From NCBI GenBank assembly GCA_965198065.1, contig CBDAON010000004.1, positions 2,464,001 through 2,528,000 of the forward strand: DNA of 64,000 bases, read 5' to 3'. Source of the stretch: Longimicrobiales bacterium (GTDB taxonomy: Bacteria; Gemmatimonadota; Gemmatimonadetes; Longimicrobiales; Gaopeijiaceae). Shown one piece after another: positions 47,800 to 57,157 of the stretch. Both the position numbers and the translations under genes were made by a program. The stretch's first letter is position 1. Each line of letters opens with the position of its first letter. The notes beneath the pieces are model-generated. The model was not told the DNA's origin, did no database searches, and saw only the letters and a program-made list of their open reading frames with translations.

Positions 47800-50250
47800 A
47801 TGTCCCAGTACAGGTTGGTGGGAACGAGCCAGGCTCCCAAGGATCTGCGGGCCAAGGTCACGGGGCGATCCAAATATGCGGAGGATTTCCGCGCGGACGG
47901 GATGATCTTCACGAAGCTCCTCCTGAGCCCGGTCCCCCGAGGGATCGTGCGCTCGATCGACCCGAGCCGGGCGCTGGCCATGCCCGGGGTGCACATTGTG
48001 CTCACCGGGGCCGACTTCCCCCCGGTCGAGGGGAACCAGGAGCCGCTGCTCGCCACCGAGATCCGCTATCAGGGCCAGCCGATCGGGGTGGTCGCCGCGG
48101 ATACCGAGACGCTCGCCGCCGAGGCGGTCGCGGCCCTGCAGGCGGACATCGAGCGACTGCCCTTCGCGCTCGATCCCATGGAGAGCCTGATCGAGGGCGG
48201 TCCGAACGCGAGGGACGGAGGCAACGTCCCCGGCGGTGGTGATGGGACGATGGGGGAGGTGAAGTGGACCCGCGAGCAGATGGCGCGCTTCCAGGGGACG
48301 AGCTTCCCGGCCGAGGATCTACCGGGACTCACCCAGGAGAACGCGAGCCTGTTCGTCCGCGGCATCGAAGAGCCGACACTCGACGACTTCAATGCCGTGA
48401 TGGCTAGGAGCGCTGTGATCGTCGAGGAGCCCGTCTACCACCAGACTCAGAACCACCATCCCATGGAGCCGCGGAGCTCGATGGCCTACTGGCAGGGGGG
48501 GCAGTGCTACCTCCACTGTTCCACCCAGAGCGCGGCCCGGACCCACGCGGGCATGGCGAATCGCATCGGCATCGAGCGGGATCAGCTGACCCTGATTGCC
48601 GAGTACTGCGGCGGGGGCTTCGGATCCAAGATCGGCGGAAACCTCCTCGACCCACTCCCGGCCGAGATCTCGCGCCGGCTGAACGGGCGGCCCGTGATGA
48701 TGCGGATCACGCGGGACGAGGAGACGTTCATCGGGCGGGCCCGCTCCGGGATGGCGGGGTGGGTCAAGGTGGGCTTCCGGGCCGACGGCAAGGTCCTGGC
48801 GATGGACTGGGTCATGGTGGGAGACTCCGGGCCCCACGGTGCCCGGGGTGACTGGAACGGCGCCGTGAGCACGGTGGATCTCGCCCTCCAGCCGGAGGCG
48901 CGGCGCGCGCGCACGTTGGCGATCTCGACAAACACGCCTCCCCGTTCCGCGCAGCGCGGCCCCGGAGGCGCCCAGGGCGTCACGATTATCACGTCTGCGC
49001 TCGAGCGGGGTGCCCGAGAGCTCGGCGTGGACCGCGCGGACATGATGTACGTGAACGCCCCGTCAGGGCGCGCGGTCTATGGAGACAACGCGACCGAGGT
49101 CACGAGCTCGTTCGCCAAGGAAGCCGTGCTCCTCACGCGGGAGCGGTTCAACTGGGACGAGAAGAGACTTCTGTCCGGGCAGAGGAACGGGAGCAAGGTG
49201 ACGGGCGTCGGACTCGCCCTTAGCCCCTTCTCCGCGGGAAGCCGCGGGATGGACGCCCTCCTCATCATCCGTCCGGACGGAAGTCTGACGATCCATTCCG
49301 GCGTGGGGAACCTCGGGACGCACTCGGTCTTCGACACCGCCATGTCGGCGGCCGAAGCACTGAATCATCCTTGGGACGAGGTGGAGGTGGTTTGGGGGAA
49401 TACGAGCCGCGGCCTCCCCTGGGCTTCCTCGCAGTCCGGGAGCCAGACAACCCACGCGCACACCCGCTCGAACTGGGCGGCTGGGCAGGCGGCCAAGACG
49501 AGGCTTCAGGAGATTGCCGCTCGGGACCTGGGCGGTAGCCCCGACGACTACGACGTGGGGAACGGGCGGGTCTTCCGGGTCGGGAGCCCCGGGACCGCCA
49601 TGACGTTCGCCCGGGCGGCCGAGCGGGCGATCCAGCTCGGAGGCGCCTACGACGGCCATGAGCTCCCAGAGAGCCTGAACGAGATGACGGTGGCGACCGT
49701 CCAGAACCATCTGGTGGGCCAGGGTCTCGTTGTCGCGGCGACGGACGAGTACGGGGGCAACGGGTCGCTCCGGTCCTCGGTGGTGGCGATGGCCGTGATC
49801 GAGCTCGACGTGGAGACCGGGATGATCGAGGTGAAGGATCTCGTCGCGGTGGCCGACTGCGGCACGGTGCTGAACCCTCGCAGCCTCTACGCCCAGATGT
49901 CTGGAGGCGTTCTTCAGGGCATGAGCCAGGCCCGCTTCGAGAAGTGGGGATACGACCGCACGTGGGGCGTGAACGCGAACAAGCGCTTCCACACCGTCAA
50001 ACCGATCTCCCTCCTCGACACGCCGGATGTCATGGCGTGGGACGCGGTGAACATCGCGGATCCGGAGACGCCGGTCGGATCGCGCGGCATCGGCGAGCCT
50101 CCGGTCGGCGCCGGTGGCGGCGTTATCGTATCGGCCGTATACGACGCGCTCGGGAAGGCGATCAACCGCACGCCGCTCACGCCCGACGTAATCCTGAACG
50201 CGCTCGAGGAGCGGGCTCCCGGCTACACCCTCCTTCAGACCCACGTCTGA
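47800..50250 (+). CDS. Xanthine-oxidase-family molybdopterin-binding subunit
   Basis: AKVTG..YAED, MEPR, STQ, GGGFGSK, QRGPG, DCGTVLNP, catalytic GIGEPP. Confidence 0.95.
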   Translation: MSQYRLVGTSQAPKDLRAKVTGRSKYAEDFRADGMIFTKLLLSPVPRGIVRSIDPSRALAMPGVHIVLTGADFPPVEGNQEPLLATEIRYQGQPIGVVAADTETLAAEAVAALQADIERLPFALDPMESLIEGGPNARDGGNVPGGGDGTMGEVKWTREQMARFQGTSFPAEDLPGLTQENASLFVRGIEEPTLDDFNAVMARSAVIVEEPVYHQTQNHHPMEPRSSMAYWQGGQCYLHCSTQSAARTHAGMANRIGIERDQLTLIAEYCGGGFGSKIGGNLLDPLPAEISRRLNGRPVMMRITRDEETFIGRARSGMAGWVKVGFRADGKVLAMDWVMVGDSGPHGARGDWNGAVSTVDLALQPEARRARTLAISTNTPPRSAQRGPGGAQGVTIITSALERGARELGVDRADMMYVNAPSGRAVYGDNATEVTSSFAKEAVLLTRERFNWDEKRLLSGQRNGSKVTGVGLALSPFSAGSRGMDALLIIRPDGSLTIHSGVGNLGTHSVFDTAMSAAEALNHPWDEVEVVWGNTSRGLPWASSQSGSQTTHAHTRSNWAAGQAAKTRLQEIAARDLGGSPDDYDVGNGRVFRVGSPGTAMTFARAAERAIQLGGAYDGHELPESLNEMTVATVQNHLVGQGLVVAATDEYGGNGSLRSSVVAMAVIELDVETGMIEVKDLVAVADCGTVLNPRSLYAQMSGGVLQGMSQARFEKWGYDRTWGVNANKRFHTVKPISLLDTPDVMAWDAVNIADPETPVGSRGIGEPPVGAGGGVIVSAVYDALGKAINRTPLTPDVILNALEERAPGYTLLQTHV

Positions 50251-50274
50251 TCAGCGAGATAGAGGAGAGCGACC

Positions 50275-51276
50275 ATGGCTGAGATTCGTGACATGATGAG
50301 CACGTTCGAGCTCTTCCAGCCCATGGAGCTGGGAGGGGCACTCGATCTCCTGAGGCAGCACGGATCCGACGCGTGGATCCTGTCCGGAGGGCTGGATACG
50401 TTCGACTGGCTCAAGGACCGGGCCAAGTCCCCGAGCGTGGTCGTGGACATCGCGGGCATCGGCGAGCTAGACGGAGTCGAGGTCACCGGCGACGGCATCC
50501 GCATCGGTGCCATGACGTCGCTTACGGACGTCTCGACGCACTCCGAGGTCCAGACGCGCTTTCCGCTCCTGGCGCAGGCTGCCGGCCGGGTGGCGACCCC
50601 GCAGATCCGAAACCAGGGGACGATCGGCGGAAACATCTCCCAGGACACGCGGTGCTGGTATTACCGGAGCGGGTGGCCGTGCTACCGGGCGGGTGGGAAC
50701 ACCTGCTACGCGAACGCGCCGCAGGCCCTGAACCGTGAGCACGCGCTCTTCGAGTCGTCCCGGTGCGTGGCGGTGACGCCGTCCGACACGGCTCCCGCCT
50801 TCGTGGTGCTGGAGGCGCAGATGGAGATCCAGAACTCCCGCGGAAGCCGCATGGTGAGCGCGGAGGACTTCTTCATCGGACCCGCCGAGGACATCACTCG
50901 GATGAACGTGATGGAGCCGGAGGATCTGCTCACGGCGATTTACCTCCCGAACAAGTGGGCCGGGAAGGCCTTCTACTTCGAGAAGGTGGCGGACCGGCTG
51001 TCGTGGGACTTCCCGCTCGCGAACGTGTCAGCGGTGCTGGACGTGCAGGGCGGCGTGATCTTCGAGGCGAACATCGCGGTCGGCGGCGTGGCTGCTCGCC
51101 CCTATCGGGTGCGCCGGGTGGAGAACGCCATCGCCGGCCGTCCGATCAACGAGCAGACGCTGGACGAGGCGGCGAGGCTCGCGGTCCAGGGAGCCCGTCC
51201 GCTCCAGTACAACGGGTACAAGCTGGCGCTCACCCGGAACCTGGTGAAGCGGGCGATCCGGGACGCCAGCGCGTAG
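50275..51276 (+). CDS. FAD-binding subunit with Cys-rich [4Fe-4S] insert (PaoB/HcrB-like)
   Basis: GGLDT, ATPQIRNQGTIGGN, RCWYYR..CYRAGGNTCYA..CVA, PSD, NGYK. Confidence 0.92.
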   Translation: MAEIRDMMSTFELFQPMELGGALDLLRQHGSDAWILSGGLDTFDWLKDRAKSPSVVVDIAGIGELDGVEVTGDGIRIGAMTSLTDVSTHSEVQTRFPLLAQAAGRVATPQIRNQGTIGGNISQDTRCWYYRSGWPCYRAGGNTCYANAPQALNREHALFESSRCVAVTPSDTAPAFVVLEAQMEIQNSRGSRMVSAEDFFIGPAEDITRMNVMEPEDLLTAIYLPNKWAGKAFYFEKVADRLSWDFPLANVSAVLDVQGGVIFEANIAVGGVAARPYRVRRVENAIAGRPINEQTLDEAARLAVQGARPLQYNGYKLALTRNLVKRAIRDASA

Positions 51277-51277
51277 C

Positions 51278-52180
51278 ATGGAATTCGTTCGTATAGCAGA
51301 GAACCCGTGGGGCGAGCAGATCCTCATTGGGTTGGGCTGGGGCGTCGCCTGGCTGGTCGTGGTGCTCGGGGCGATTTTCATCGTCGGGCACGCGGCCTTC
51401 GCGAAGAAAAAGGATGAAGGCCGGGAAGAGCCGAAGTACGACCCGACCATCGTCGCGGCGGTGCCCGACCATGTTACGCGGCACGGAAAGAGCGCCCGGT
51501 ACTCGCACTGGACGCTAGCGGTCGCCACCTTCGCGCTTCTCATCACGGCCTTCGTGCCGATGCTCGGGCTCCAGTTCCCTTGGGTGACGATCCACTGGCT
51601 CTCCGGCATCGTGCTCACCGCATACGTCGTCTACCACACGGTGGACACGCTTGCCCGGACGAGCTGGCGCGAGATGTGGATCTCCATACCGGACGTCCGC
51701 GAGGCGGTCGCGCGCGTGGGGAACTTCTTCGCCCGCACCGAAGACCCGTCGAAGCGGCCCGGCAAGTGGGGGATGGAGAACAAGCTCTTCCATCACCTTA
51801 TCGCCCTCGCGGGGTTGGGGGTCGCGGCCACGGGCGTCCTCATGATGGGCCGCGTGGATACGTGGTTCTGGGCCTCCGACCCCTACCGCTGGAACATCAG
51901 CGACGCTACGTGGGGTGTCATCTTCGTGATCCACGGGATCACGTCCGTGGGGTTCATCGGGCTCATCATGGCCCACCTCTACTTCGCCGTGCGGCCGGAC
52001 AAGTTCTGGATCACCCTCTCGATTTTCCGCGGCTGGATCACGAAGGAGGAGTACCTCGGACATCACAACCCCGAGCGCTGGCCGGTCGCGCCCGGAGCGG
52101 AGGGACACGGCCGGGTGACCGAGGGCCAGGCGGTCGGGGCCGGAGCCGGGTCCTCTCCCATGGATCGCCCCAGGGAGTAG
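51278..52180 (+). CDS. Di-haem cytochrome b membrane subunit (FdnI-like)
   Basis: Multiple TM helices with His ligands RYSHW, TIHW, VIHG, MAHLY; C-terminal SIFRGWI..HH typical of FdnI-like proteins. Confidence 0.85.
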   Translation: MEFVRIAENPWGEQILIGLGWGVAWLVVVLGAIFIVGHAAFAKKKDEGREEPKYDPTIVAAVPDHVTRHGKSARYSHWTLAVATFALLITAFVPMLGLQFPWVTIHWLSGIVLTAYVVYHTVDTLARTSWREMWISIPDVREAVARVGNFFARTEDPSKRPGKWGMENKLFHHLIALAGLGVAATGVLMMGRVDTWFWASDPYRWNISDATWGVIFVIHGITSVGFIGLIMAHLYFAVRPDKFWITLSIFRGWITKEEYLGHHNPERWPVAPGAEGHGRVTEGQAVGAGAGSSPMDRPRE

Positions 52181-52190
52181 CGCCGCGTTC

Positions 52191-52640
52191 ATGGCGGGAT
52201 CCGGTCGGAAACAACTCCAGGAAGCCATCGACAAGATCGAGGGGGCGTACGAGTTCTTCCTCGCGTACGCGGCCCAGGGACTCACTCGGGAGAGCGACGC
52301 CTCGCGTGTCGTAAGGCAATTCAGCGAGCACCTGAACGCCATGGTAGACGGAGTGTCCGTGCTGGGGGCGGCCCTCGGCCGCTTGGTGGAGGAGGAGAGG
52401 CCCGAGGCCGGAGATCAGCTGGGCGCGTTCAAGGAACTCCTGGAGACGGACGCGGCTCGGGCCCGGGTGGCGATGCAGGTCGTCAAGGCGCAGGTTTTCC
52501 CCACCTCGCAGCTCGTGGACAACCTGAACGCCTCCGTCCACGTGCGGGCCCTGCTCACGGACCTCTTCCTCCTGGACGAGGCGCTCCGTCTGGGGGTGGA
52601 CGGCGCGACGAAGCCCGGGCCCTCGAAGTCGCTCTCGTAA
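52191..52640 (+). CDS. Conserved hypothetical helical protein in the molybdoenzyme operon
   Basis: IEGAYEFFLAYAAQG and SQLVDNLNASVHVRALLTDLFLLDE; starts 10 nt after cytochrome b. Confidence 0.75.
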   Translation: MAGSGRKQLQEAIDKIEGAYEFFLAYAAQGLTRESDASRVVRQFSEHLNAMVDGVSVLGAALGRLVEEERPEAGDQLGAFKELLETDAARARVAMQVVKAQVFPTSQLVDNLNASVHVRALLTDLFLLDEALRLGVDGATKPGPSKSLS

Positions 52641-52644
52641 CACG

Positions 52645-53529
52645 CTGAACTGGGCCGTCCTCGCCGGAGGGTGCGCGATTTTCTACGCGCTCCACGGGGC
52701 ATGGTCGGCGCGTGTGTCTCGCCGATCCGGCGTCGCGTTCGCGGGATGGACGCTCTTCACCTTCGCCCTCCCTCTCTTCCTAGCGTATCTGGCCGCGACC
52801 GGCCTGCCTCCGGTTGACTCACGGTTTTGGCCCGTCTGGGGGTTCAACTGCGTCCTGAACCTGGGGGCGCTCTACTTGTTTCTGTCGGTACTCAGGGACG
52901 GTGAGCTGGGATTCACGTATCCGCTCCTCGCTATCACGCCCCTGTTCGTTGTGCCCGTGGAATGGGTCGCGCTCGGAGTCCTCCCGGGGCGCTTCGCGTT
53001 GGTGGGTATCTTCCTGATCGTCCTCGGCGTCTACCTCCTGAACTTCCAGGGCCTCGGACCGAGGCTCACGGACCCCTTCCGCTCCCTGGCCCGGGATCCT
53101 GGCGCCGTCCGCATGCTCGCGGTGGCCGTGCTTTGGTCGGTCGGAGGCACGCTGGACCGGGTGGCCGTGCTGGCTTCGTCCCCCGCCTTCTACTCCGTCA
53201 TGTTCGCGGGCGGTCTGTCTGCTCTCTTCCTGCTCGTGCTGGTCGTGGGTAGGAAGCGAGACAGCATCGCGCCGCTTCCGGGCCTCCCACGCGTCCGGCT
53301 CTGGGAGCTCGTGGTTCACGGCCTCTTCTTCTCGTGCATGATGATCCTTCAGATGGAGGCCCTGACGAGGGCCCAGGCGTCGTACGTGCTCAGCATCAAG
53401 CGAACGGGGTCCGTTCTCGCGGTGCTCCTCGGCTATCTTGCGTTTCGCGAGCGCTCCTTGGTTCCCAGGCTCGTGGGGGCACTGATCACGGTCGCGGGAG
53501 CCTTCGTCCTCGTCCTGTCCGCTTCGTGA
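52645..53529 (+). CDS. EamA/DMT family transporter
   Basis: About 10 TM helices, YPLLAITPLF, SYVLSIKR, FRERS; the frame stays open upstream of GTG 52714 with a TM-like LNWAVLAGGCAIFYALHG, so a CTG start at 52645 is proposed. Confidence 0.85.
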   Translation: MNWAVLAGGCAIFYALHGAWSARVSRRSGVAFAGWTLFTFALPLFLAYLAATGLPPVDSRFWPVWGFNCVLNLGALYLFLSVLRDGELGFTYPLLAITPLFVVPVEWVALGVLPGRFALVGIFLIVLGVYLLNFQGLGPRLTDPFRSLARDPGAVRMLAVAVLWSVGGTLDRVAVLASSPAFYSVMFAGGLSALFLLVLVVGRKRDSIAPLPGLPRVRLWELVVHGLFFSCMMILQMEALTRAQASYVLSIKRTGSVLAVLLGYLAFRERSLVPRLVGALITVAGAFVLVLSAS

Positions 53530-53572
53530 AGGCTGGGTCCGAGGTCGTTCCGGGGTACAAGCGCGAGCGCGG

Positions 53573-53601
53573 TTGACCCCTCGAACCACCCGGGTTAGAG
53601 T
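53573..53601 (+). promoter_or_regulatory. Sigma70-like promoter of thrS
   Basis: TTGACC-17 nt-TAGAGT. Confidence 0.65.
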
Positions 53602-53666
53602 CGGACGCTCGGCGCGCGGGGACGTAGCCCCGCGCCCGTAGAGCCCCACCTCCGAACCCGATTCCG

Positions 53667-55667
53667 ATGTCCTCCCAGGTGCCCCCCGACGCGATACGGA
53701 TCACTCTCCCCGACGGGAAGGTGCTGGAGCTCCCGATGGGAGCCACGGCGGCCGACGCGGCGGCCGCTATCGGACCGGGGCTCGCGAAAGCGGCCGTAGG
53801 GGCTGAGGTGGATGGCCAGGTCGTGGACCTGAGCCTCCCCCTCGAGACCGACGCTGGCCTTCGCCTCCTCACGGACCGGGATCCGGAGGCGCTCGCCGTC
53901 CTCCGCCATTCGGCGGCCCACGTGCTGGCCACGGCTGTCCGCGAGCTTCGCCCTGGCGCCCAGATCGGGTTCGGGCCCGCGATCGAGGACGGGTTCTACT
54001 ACGACTTCGGGGTCGAGGCCCCCTTCACCCCAGACGATCTGGAGGCGTTCGAGAAGGAGATGGCCAAGGTGGTCCAGGCGGATCACCCCTTCGAGCGTCG
54101 CCAGGTCAGCAAAGAAGAGGCGCGCTCCCTGTTCCAGGACGACCCCTTGAAGCTTGAGCGGCTCGAGGAGCTCGGGGACGACGAGGTCATCACGGTCTAC
54201 CGGGACGGGCCCTTCCTCGATCTGTGCCGCGGACCCCACGTCCCTTCCACCGTAAGGCTCCAGCACTTCAAGCTCCTCTCCGCGGCGGGGGCGTATTGGA
54301 GGGGAGATGAGCGCCGTCAGATGCTCCAGCGCATCTACGGGACCGCGTTCTTCAAGCGGGAGGACCTCGAGCGGTACCTCGAGCGGCTCGAGGAGGCCCG
54401 GAAGCGGGATCACCGCCTCCTGGGCAAGGAGCTGGGTCTCTTCTCGATCCAGGAGGACGTGGGGCCGGGGCTCGTCTTCTGGCATCCGCCGGGCGCGATC
54501 ATTCAGTTCGAGTTGAGGCGGTTCATCGAGGACGAGATCCTCAAGCGAGACTACCAACTCGTCTACACGCCACACATCTCGCGTGAGGCCCTCTTCGAGC
54601 GGTCGGGTCACCTGCCCCTCTACGCCGCCAACCAGTTTCCCGAGATGGCGGGGGGCGAGGGCGAGGCCCGCGAGGTGCGGTATCGGGTGAAGCCAATGAA
54701 CTGCCCGATGCACATCCTCCTCTACGCGGCCCAACCGCGCTCCTACCGCGACCTTCCAGTGCGCCTTGCCGAGGTGGCTTCGGTCTATCGGAACGAGCGA
54801 TCCGGCACGCTCCACGGAATGCTTCGAGTGCGCGGCCTCACGATGGACGACGCCCACATCTTCTGCGCGATGGATCAGGTAGAGGAGGAAGTCTTCCAGG
54901 TTCTCGATCTGGTGCACTTCGTTCTCGGCGAGACGTTCGGTCTCTCGTACCGACTCGACCTGGCGACCCGCCCGGTGGACAAGCTGGGTGCGGAAGAGGA
55001 GTGGGACCGGGCCGAGGCCGCTCTCAGGGGCGCGCTCGACCGGCGGGGTGTCGCGTACCGGGTGGACGCCCGAGGGGGCGCGTTCTACGGCCCCAAGATC
55101 GACGTCAAGTTCGACGACGCGATCGGGCGCGAGTGGCAGGGCGCCACGATCCAACTCGACTTTCAGCTCCCAGAGCGTTTTGGTCTTGAGTACGTCGGTG
55201 CCGACAACCACCCTCATCGCCCCGTCATGATCCACCGTGCGATCTTTGGGACGCTGGAGCGCTTCGTGGGCTTTCTCATCGAGCACTTCGCGGGCGCGTT
55301 TCCCGTCTGGCTGGCGCCCGAGCAGGTACGGATCCTTCCGGTCTCGGAGGAGTGGGCCGGGGAAGCGGAGGCCTACGTGAAGGAGCTGCGCGGGCACGGG
55401 ATCCGAGCATCTCTCGCCGAGCGGGAGAGCCTCTCCTACCGCATCCGTGACGCCGAGCTCCGGAAGGTCTCGTACATGGGCGTGATCGGGGAGCGCGAGG
55501 CGGCCGACGGAACCGTGGCCGTCCGGACCCGCGGTGCCGGGAAGAAACAGGAAGTCATGGAGCGGGGGGCGTTCCTCGAGCGGGTGCTCGGCGGGATCCG
55601 GGCGCGGAGTCTGGAGCTTGCATACGCCCCGTCCGGGACGGGGAGATCGCGAGGAGGCGCTGCTTGA
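53667..55667 (+). CDS. thrS: Threonine--tRNA ligase
   Basis: TGS domain ITLPDG, RHSAAH, DLCRGPH, RDHR, KPMNCP, YRNERSG, FYGPKID, HRAIFG. Confidence 0.98.
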   Translation: MSSQVPPDAIRITLPDGKVLELPMGATAADAAAAIGPGLAKAAVGAEVDGQVVDLSLPLETDAGLRLLTDRDPEALAVLRHSAAHVLATAVRELRPGAQIGFGPAIEDGFYYDFGVEAPFTPDDLEAFEKEMAKVVQADHPFERRQVSKEEARSLFQDDPLKLERLEELGDDEVITVYRDGPFLDLCRGPHVPSTVRLQHFKLLSAAGAYWRGDERRQMLQRIYGTAFFKREDLERYLERLEEARKRDHRLLGKELGLFSIQEDVGPGLVFWHPPGAIIQFELRRFIEDEILKRDYQLVYTPHISREALFERSGHLPLYAANQFPEMAGGEGEAREVRYRVKPMNCPMHILLYAAQPRSYRDLPVRLAEVASVYRNERSGTLHGMLRVRGLTMDDAHIFCAMDQVEEEVFQVLDLVHFVLGETFGLSYRLDLATRPVDKLGAEEEWDRAEAALRGALDRRGVAYRVDARGGAFYGPKIDVKFDDAIGREWQGATIQLDFQLPERFGLEYVGADNHPHRPVMIHRAIFGTLERFVGFLIEHFAGAFPVWLAPEQVRILPVSEEWAGEAEAYVKELRGHGIRASLAERESLSYRIRDAELRKVSYMGVIGEREAADGTVAVRTRGAGKKQEVMERGAFLERVLGGIRARSLELAYAPSGTGRSRGGAA

Positions 55668-55691
55668 CGGTCTGCCCCCCGGGGGTATCTT
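55664..55691 (+). promoter_or_regulatory. Sigma70-like promoter of infC-rpmI-rplT
   Basis: TTGACG-16 nt-TATCTT overlapping the thrS stop. Confidence 0.6.
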
Positions 55692-55702
55692 TGGAGGTCG
55701 TG

Positions 55703-55860
55703 ACAATCAGGAAGTGAAGGGGAGTCCCTTCCACCTTTCGGCCCGCCTCTCTCCGTCGGAGGCCTCGGGGCCGCCGGGTCAGGATGTCGGGGCCGCGAAG
55801 GCGTCTCTTCTCCCCCCGGCCCTCTCGGCCCGGACTGTCGCCCGGGCCGCTCTCTTTTGC
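55703..55860 (+). ncRNA. Putative ribosomal protein L20 leader (cis-regulatory RNA)
   Basis: GAAGGG-GAGT-CCCTTC hairpin followed by CACCT...CAGGATG, then CGGCCCGG/CCGGGCCG hairpin plus CTCTCTTTT; position and layout recall the infC L20 leader. Confidence 0.55.
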
Positions 55861-55898
55861 AGGCGCTCGGGTGCCGAGACGGAACGGAGGGAACTGCC

Positions 55899-56417
55899 AT
55901 AAGGGAGCAGAGGGTCCGAGTCAACGATCAGATCCGGATCAGCCCGATCCGGCTCATCGATGCCGATGGAGAGCAGCTGGGGATCGTCTCGCTGGACGAG
56001 GCGAGGAATCGGGCGACCGAGGCGGGATTGGACCTGGTGGAAGTGGCGCCCGACGCGCGCCCTCCGGTGTGCCGCCTGATGGATTACGGGAAGTTCAAGT
56101 ACGAGGAGGCGAGGCGGGCCCGCGAAGCGAAGAAGAAGCAGCACACGATGCAGGTGAAGGAGGTGAAGTATCGCCCCGGCATCGAGGAGCACGACTACGA
56201 GTTCAAGACGAGGCACGTGCGCCGCTTCCTCGAGGACGGGGACAAGGTAAAGGTCACGATGATGTTCCGGGGACGGCAACTCTCCCACCCGGAGCTGGGG
56301 CTTGAGGTGCTGGAGCGGGTTCTGGGAGACGTGGAAGACATTGGAAAAATCGAGAGCCAGCCGACCCGCGAGGGACGCACGATGATGATGGTCCTGGCCC
56401 CCCTCAACACGAAATAG
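55899..56417 (+). CDS. infC: Translation initiation factor IF-3 (ATA start)
   Basis: [41 protein letters not shown] at 55886-55890, 8 nt before an in-frame ATA. Confidence 0.95.
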   Translation: MREQRVRVNDQIRISPIRLIDADGEQLGIVSLDEARNRATEAGLDLVEVAPDARPPVCRLMDYGKFKYEEARRAREAKKKQHTMQVKEVKYRPGIEEHDYEFKTRHVRRFLEDGDKVKVTMMFRGRQLSHPELGLEVLERVLGDVEDIGKIESQPTREGRTMMMVLAPLNTK

Positions 56418-56424
56418 ACTCGAT

Positions 56425-56622
56425 ATGCCCAAGATGAAGTCAAACCGGGCTGCGTCGAAGCGGTTCAAGAAGACGGGGACAGGAAAGGTCAAGCGCCGCA
56501 AGGCGTACAAGAGCCACATCCTCACGAAGAAGTCCACGAAGAGGAAGCGCCACCTCCGTAAGAGCACCCTCGTCTCCAGGGCGGACAAAGGGCGTATCCG
56601 TCGGCTGATCCCCGGGTCGTAA
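56425..56622 (+). CDS. rpmI: 50S ribosomal protein L35
   Basis: [31 protein letters not shown]. Confidence 0.98.
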   Translation: MPKMKSNRAASKRFKKTGTGKVKRRKAYKSHILTKKSTKRKRHLRKSTLVSRADKGRIRRLIPGS

Positions 56623-56635
56623 GGGAGCTTTCCTC

Positions 56636-56998
56636 ATGCCACGCAGCACCGGCGCCCCGGCGCGGAAGGACCGGAGGAAGAAGATCCTGAAGGCGGCGAA
56701 GGGCTACTTCGGGGGACGAAAAAACCTCTACCGGACCGCGAAGGACGCGGTCGAAAAGGGGTGGGAGCATGCCTATCGGGACCGGAAGAAGAAGAAGAGG
56801 AACTTCCGGAGGCTATGGATCGCTCGGATCAACGCGGCCGCAAGGCAGCACGAGCTCTCGTACTCCCGCTTCATGAACGGGCTCAAGGAATCTGGAGTCG
56901 AGCTTGACCGGCGCGCGCTTGCCGACCTGGCCGTGAAGGATCCGGTGGCCTTCGGAGCCCTGGCTTCCCAGGCGAAGGAGAAGCTGGCGGGTCGCTGA
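56636..56998 (+). CDS. rplT: 50S ribosomal protein L20
   Basis: [31 protein letters not shown]. Confidence 0.98.
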   Translation: MPRSTGAPARKDRRKKILKAAKGYFGGRKNLYRTAKDAVEKGWEHAYRDRKKKKRNFRRLWIARINAAARQHELSYSRFMNGLKESGVELDRRALADLAVKDPVAFGALASQAKEKLAGR

Positions 56999-57157
56999 GG
57001 CGGGCCTTTCGCCAACGGCGAGCCCTCTCACCCGGGTACGGCCCGACGGCCCGGGGACGTTCGTGAGGCTCTGGGGGAGAGACGGCCTCCGGAGCCTCCT
57101 CCGTAACCGCGGGCGACCGTGACGATCGTGCGCCACGCGAGCGCTTACGAGCTGTCT

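Noticed and set aside
47800..50250. Aerobic CO dehydrogenase CoxL
   Set aside because: Lacks AYxCSFR or AYRGAGR; gene order and the Tat signal differ.
56999..57157. pheM-type leader peptide or T-box before pheS
   Set aside because: No Phe-rich ORF, T-box consensus or U-tailed terminator.
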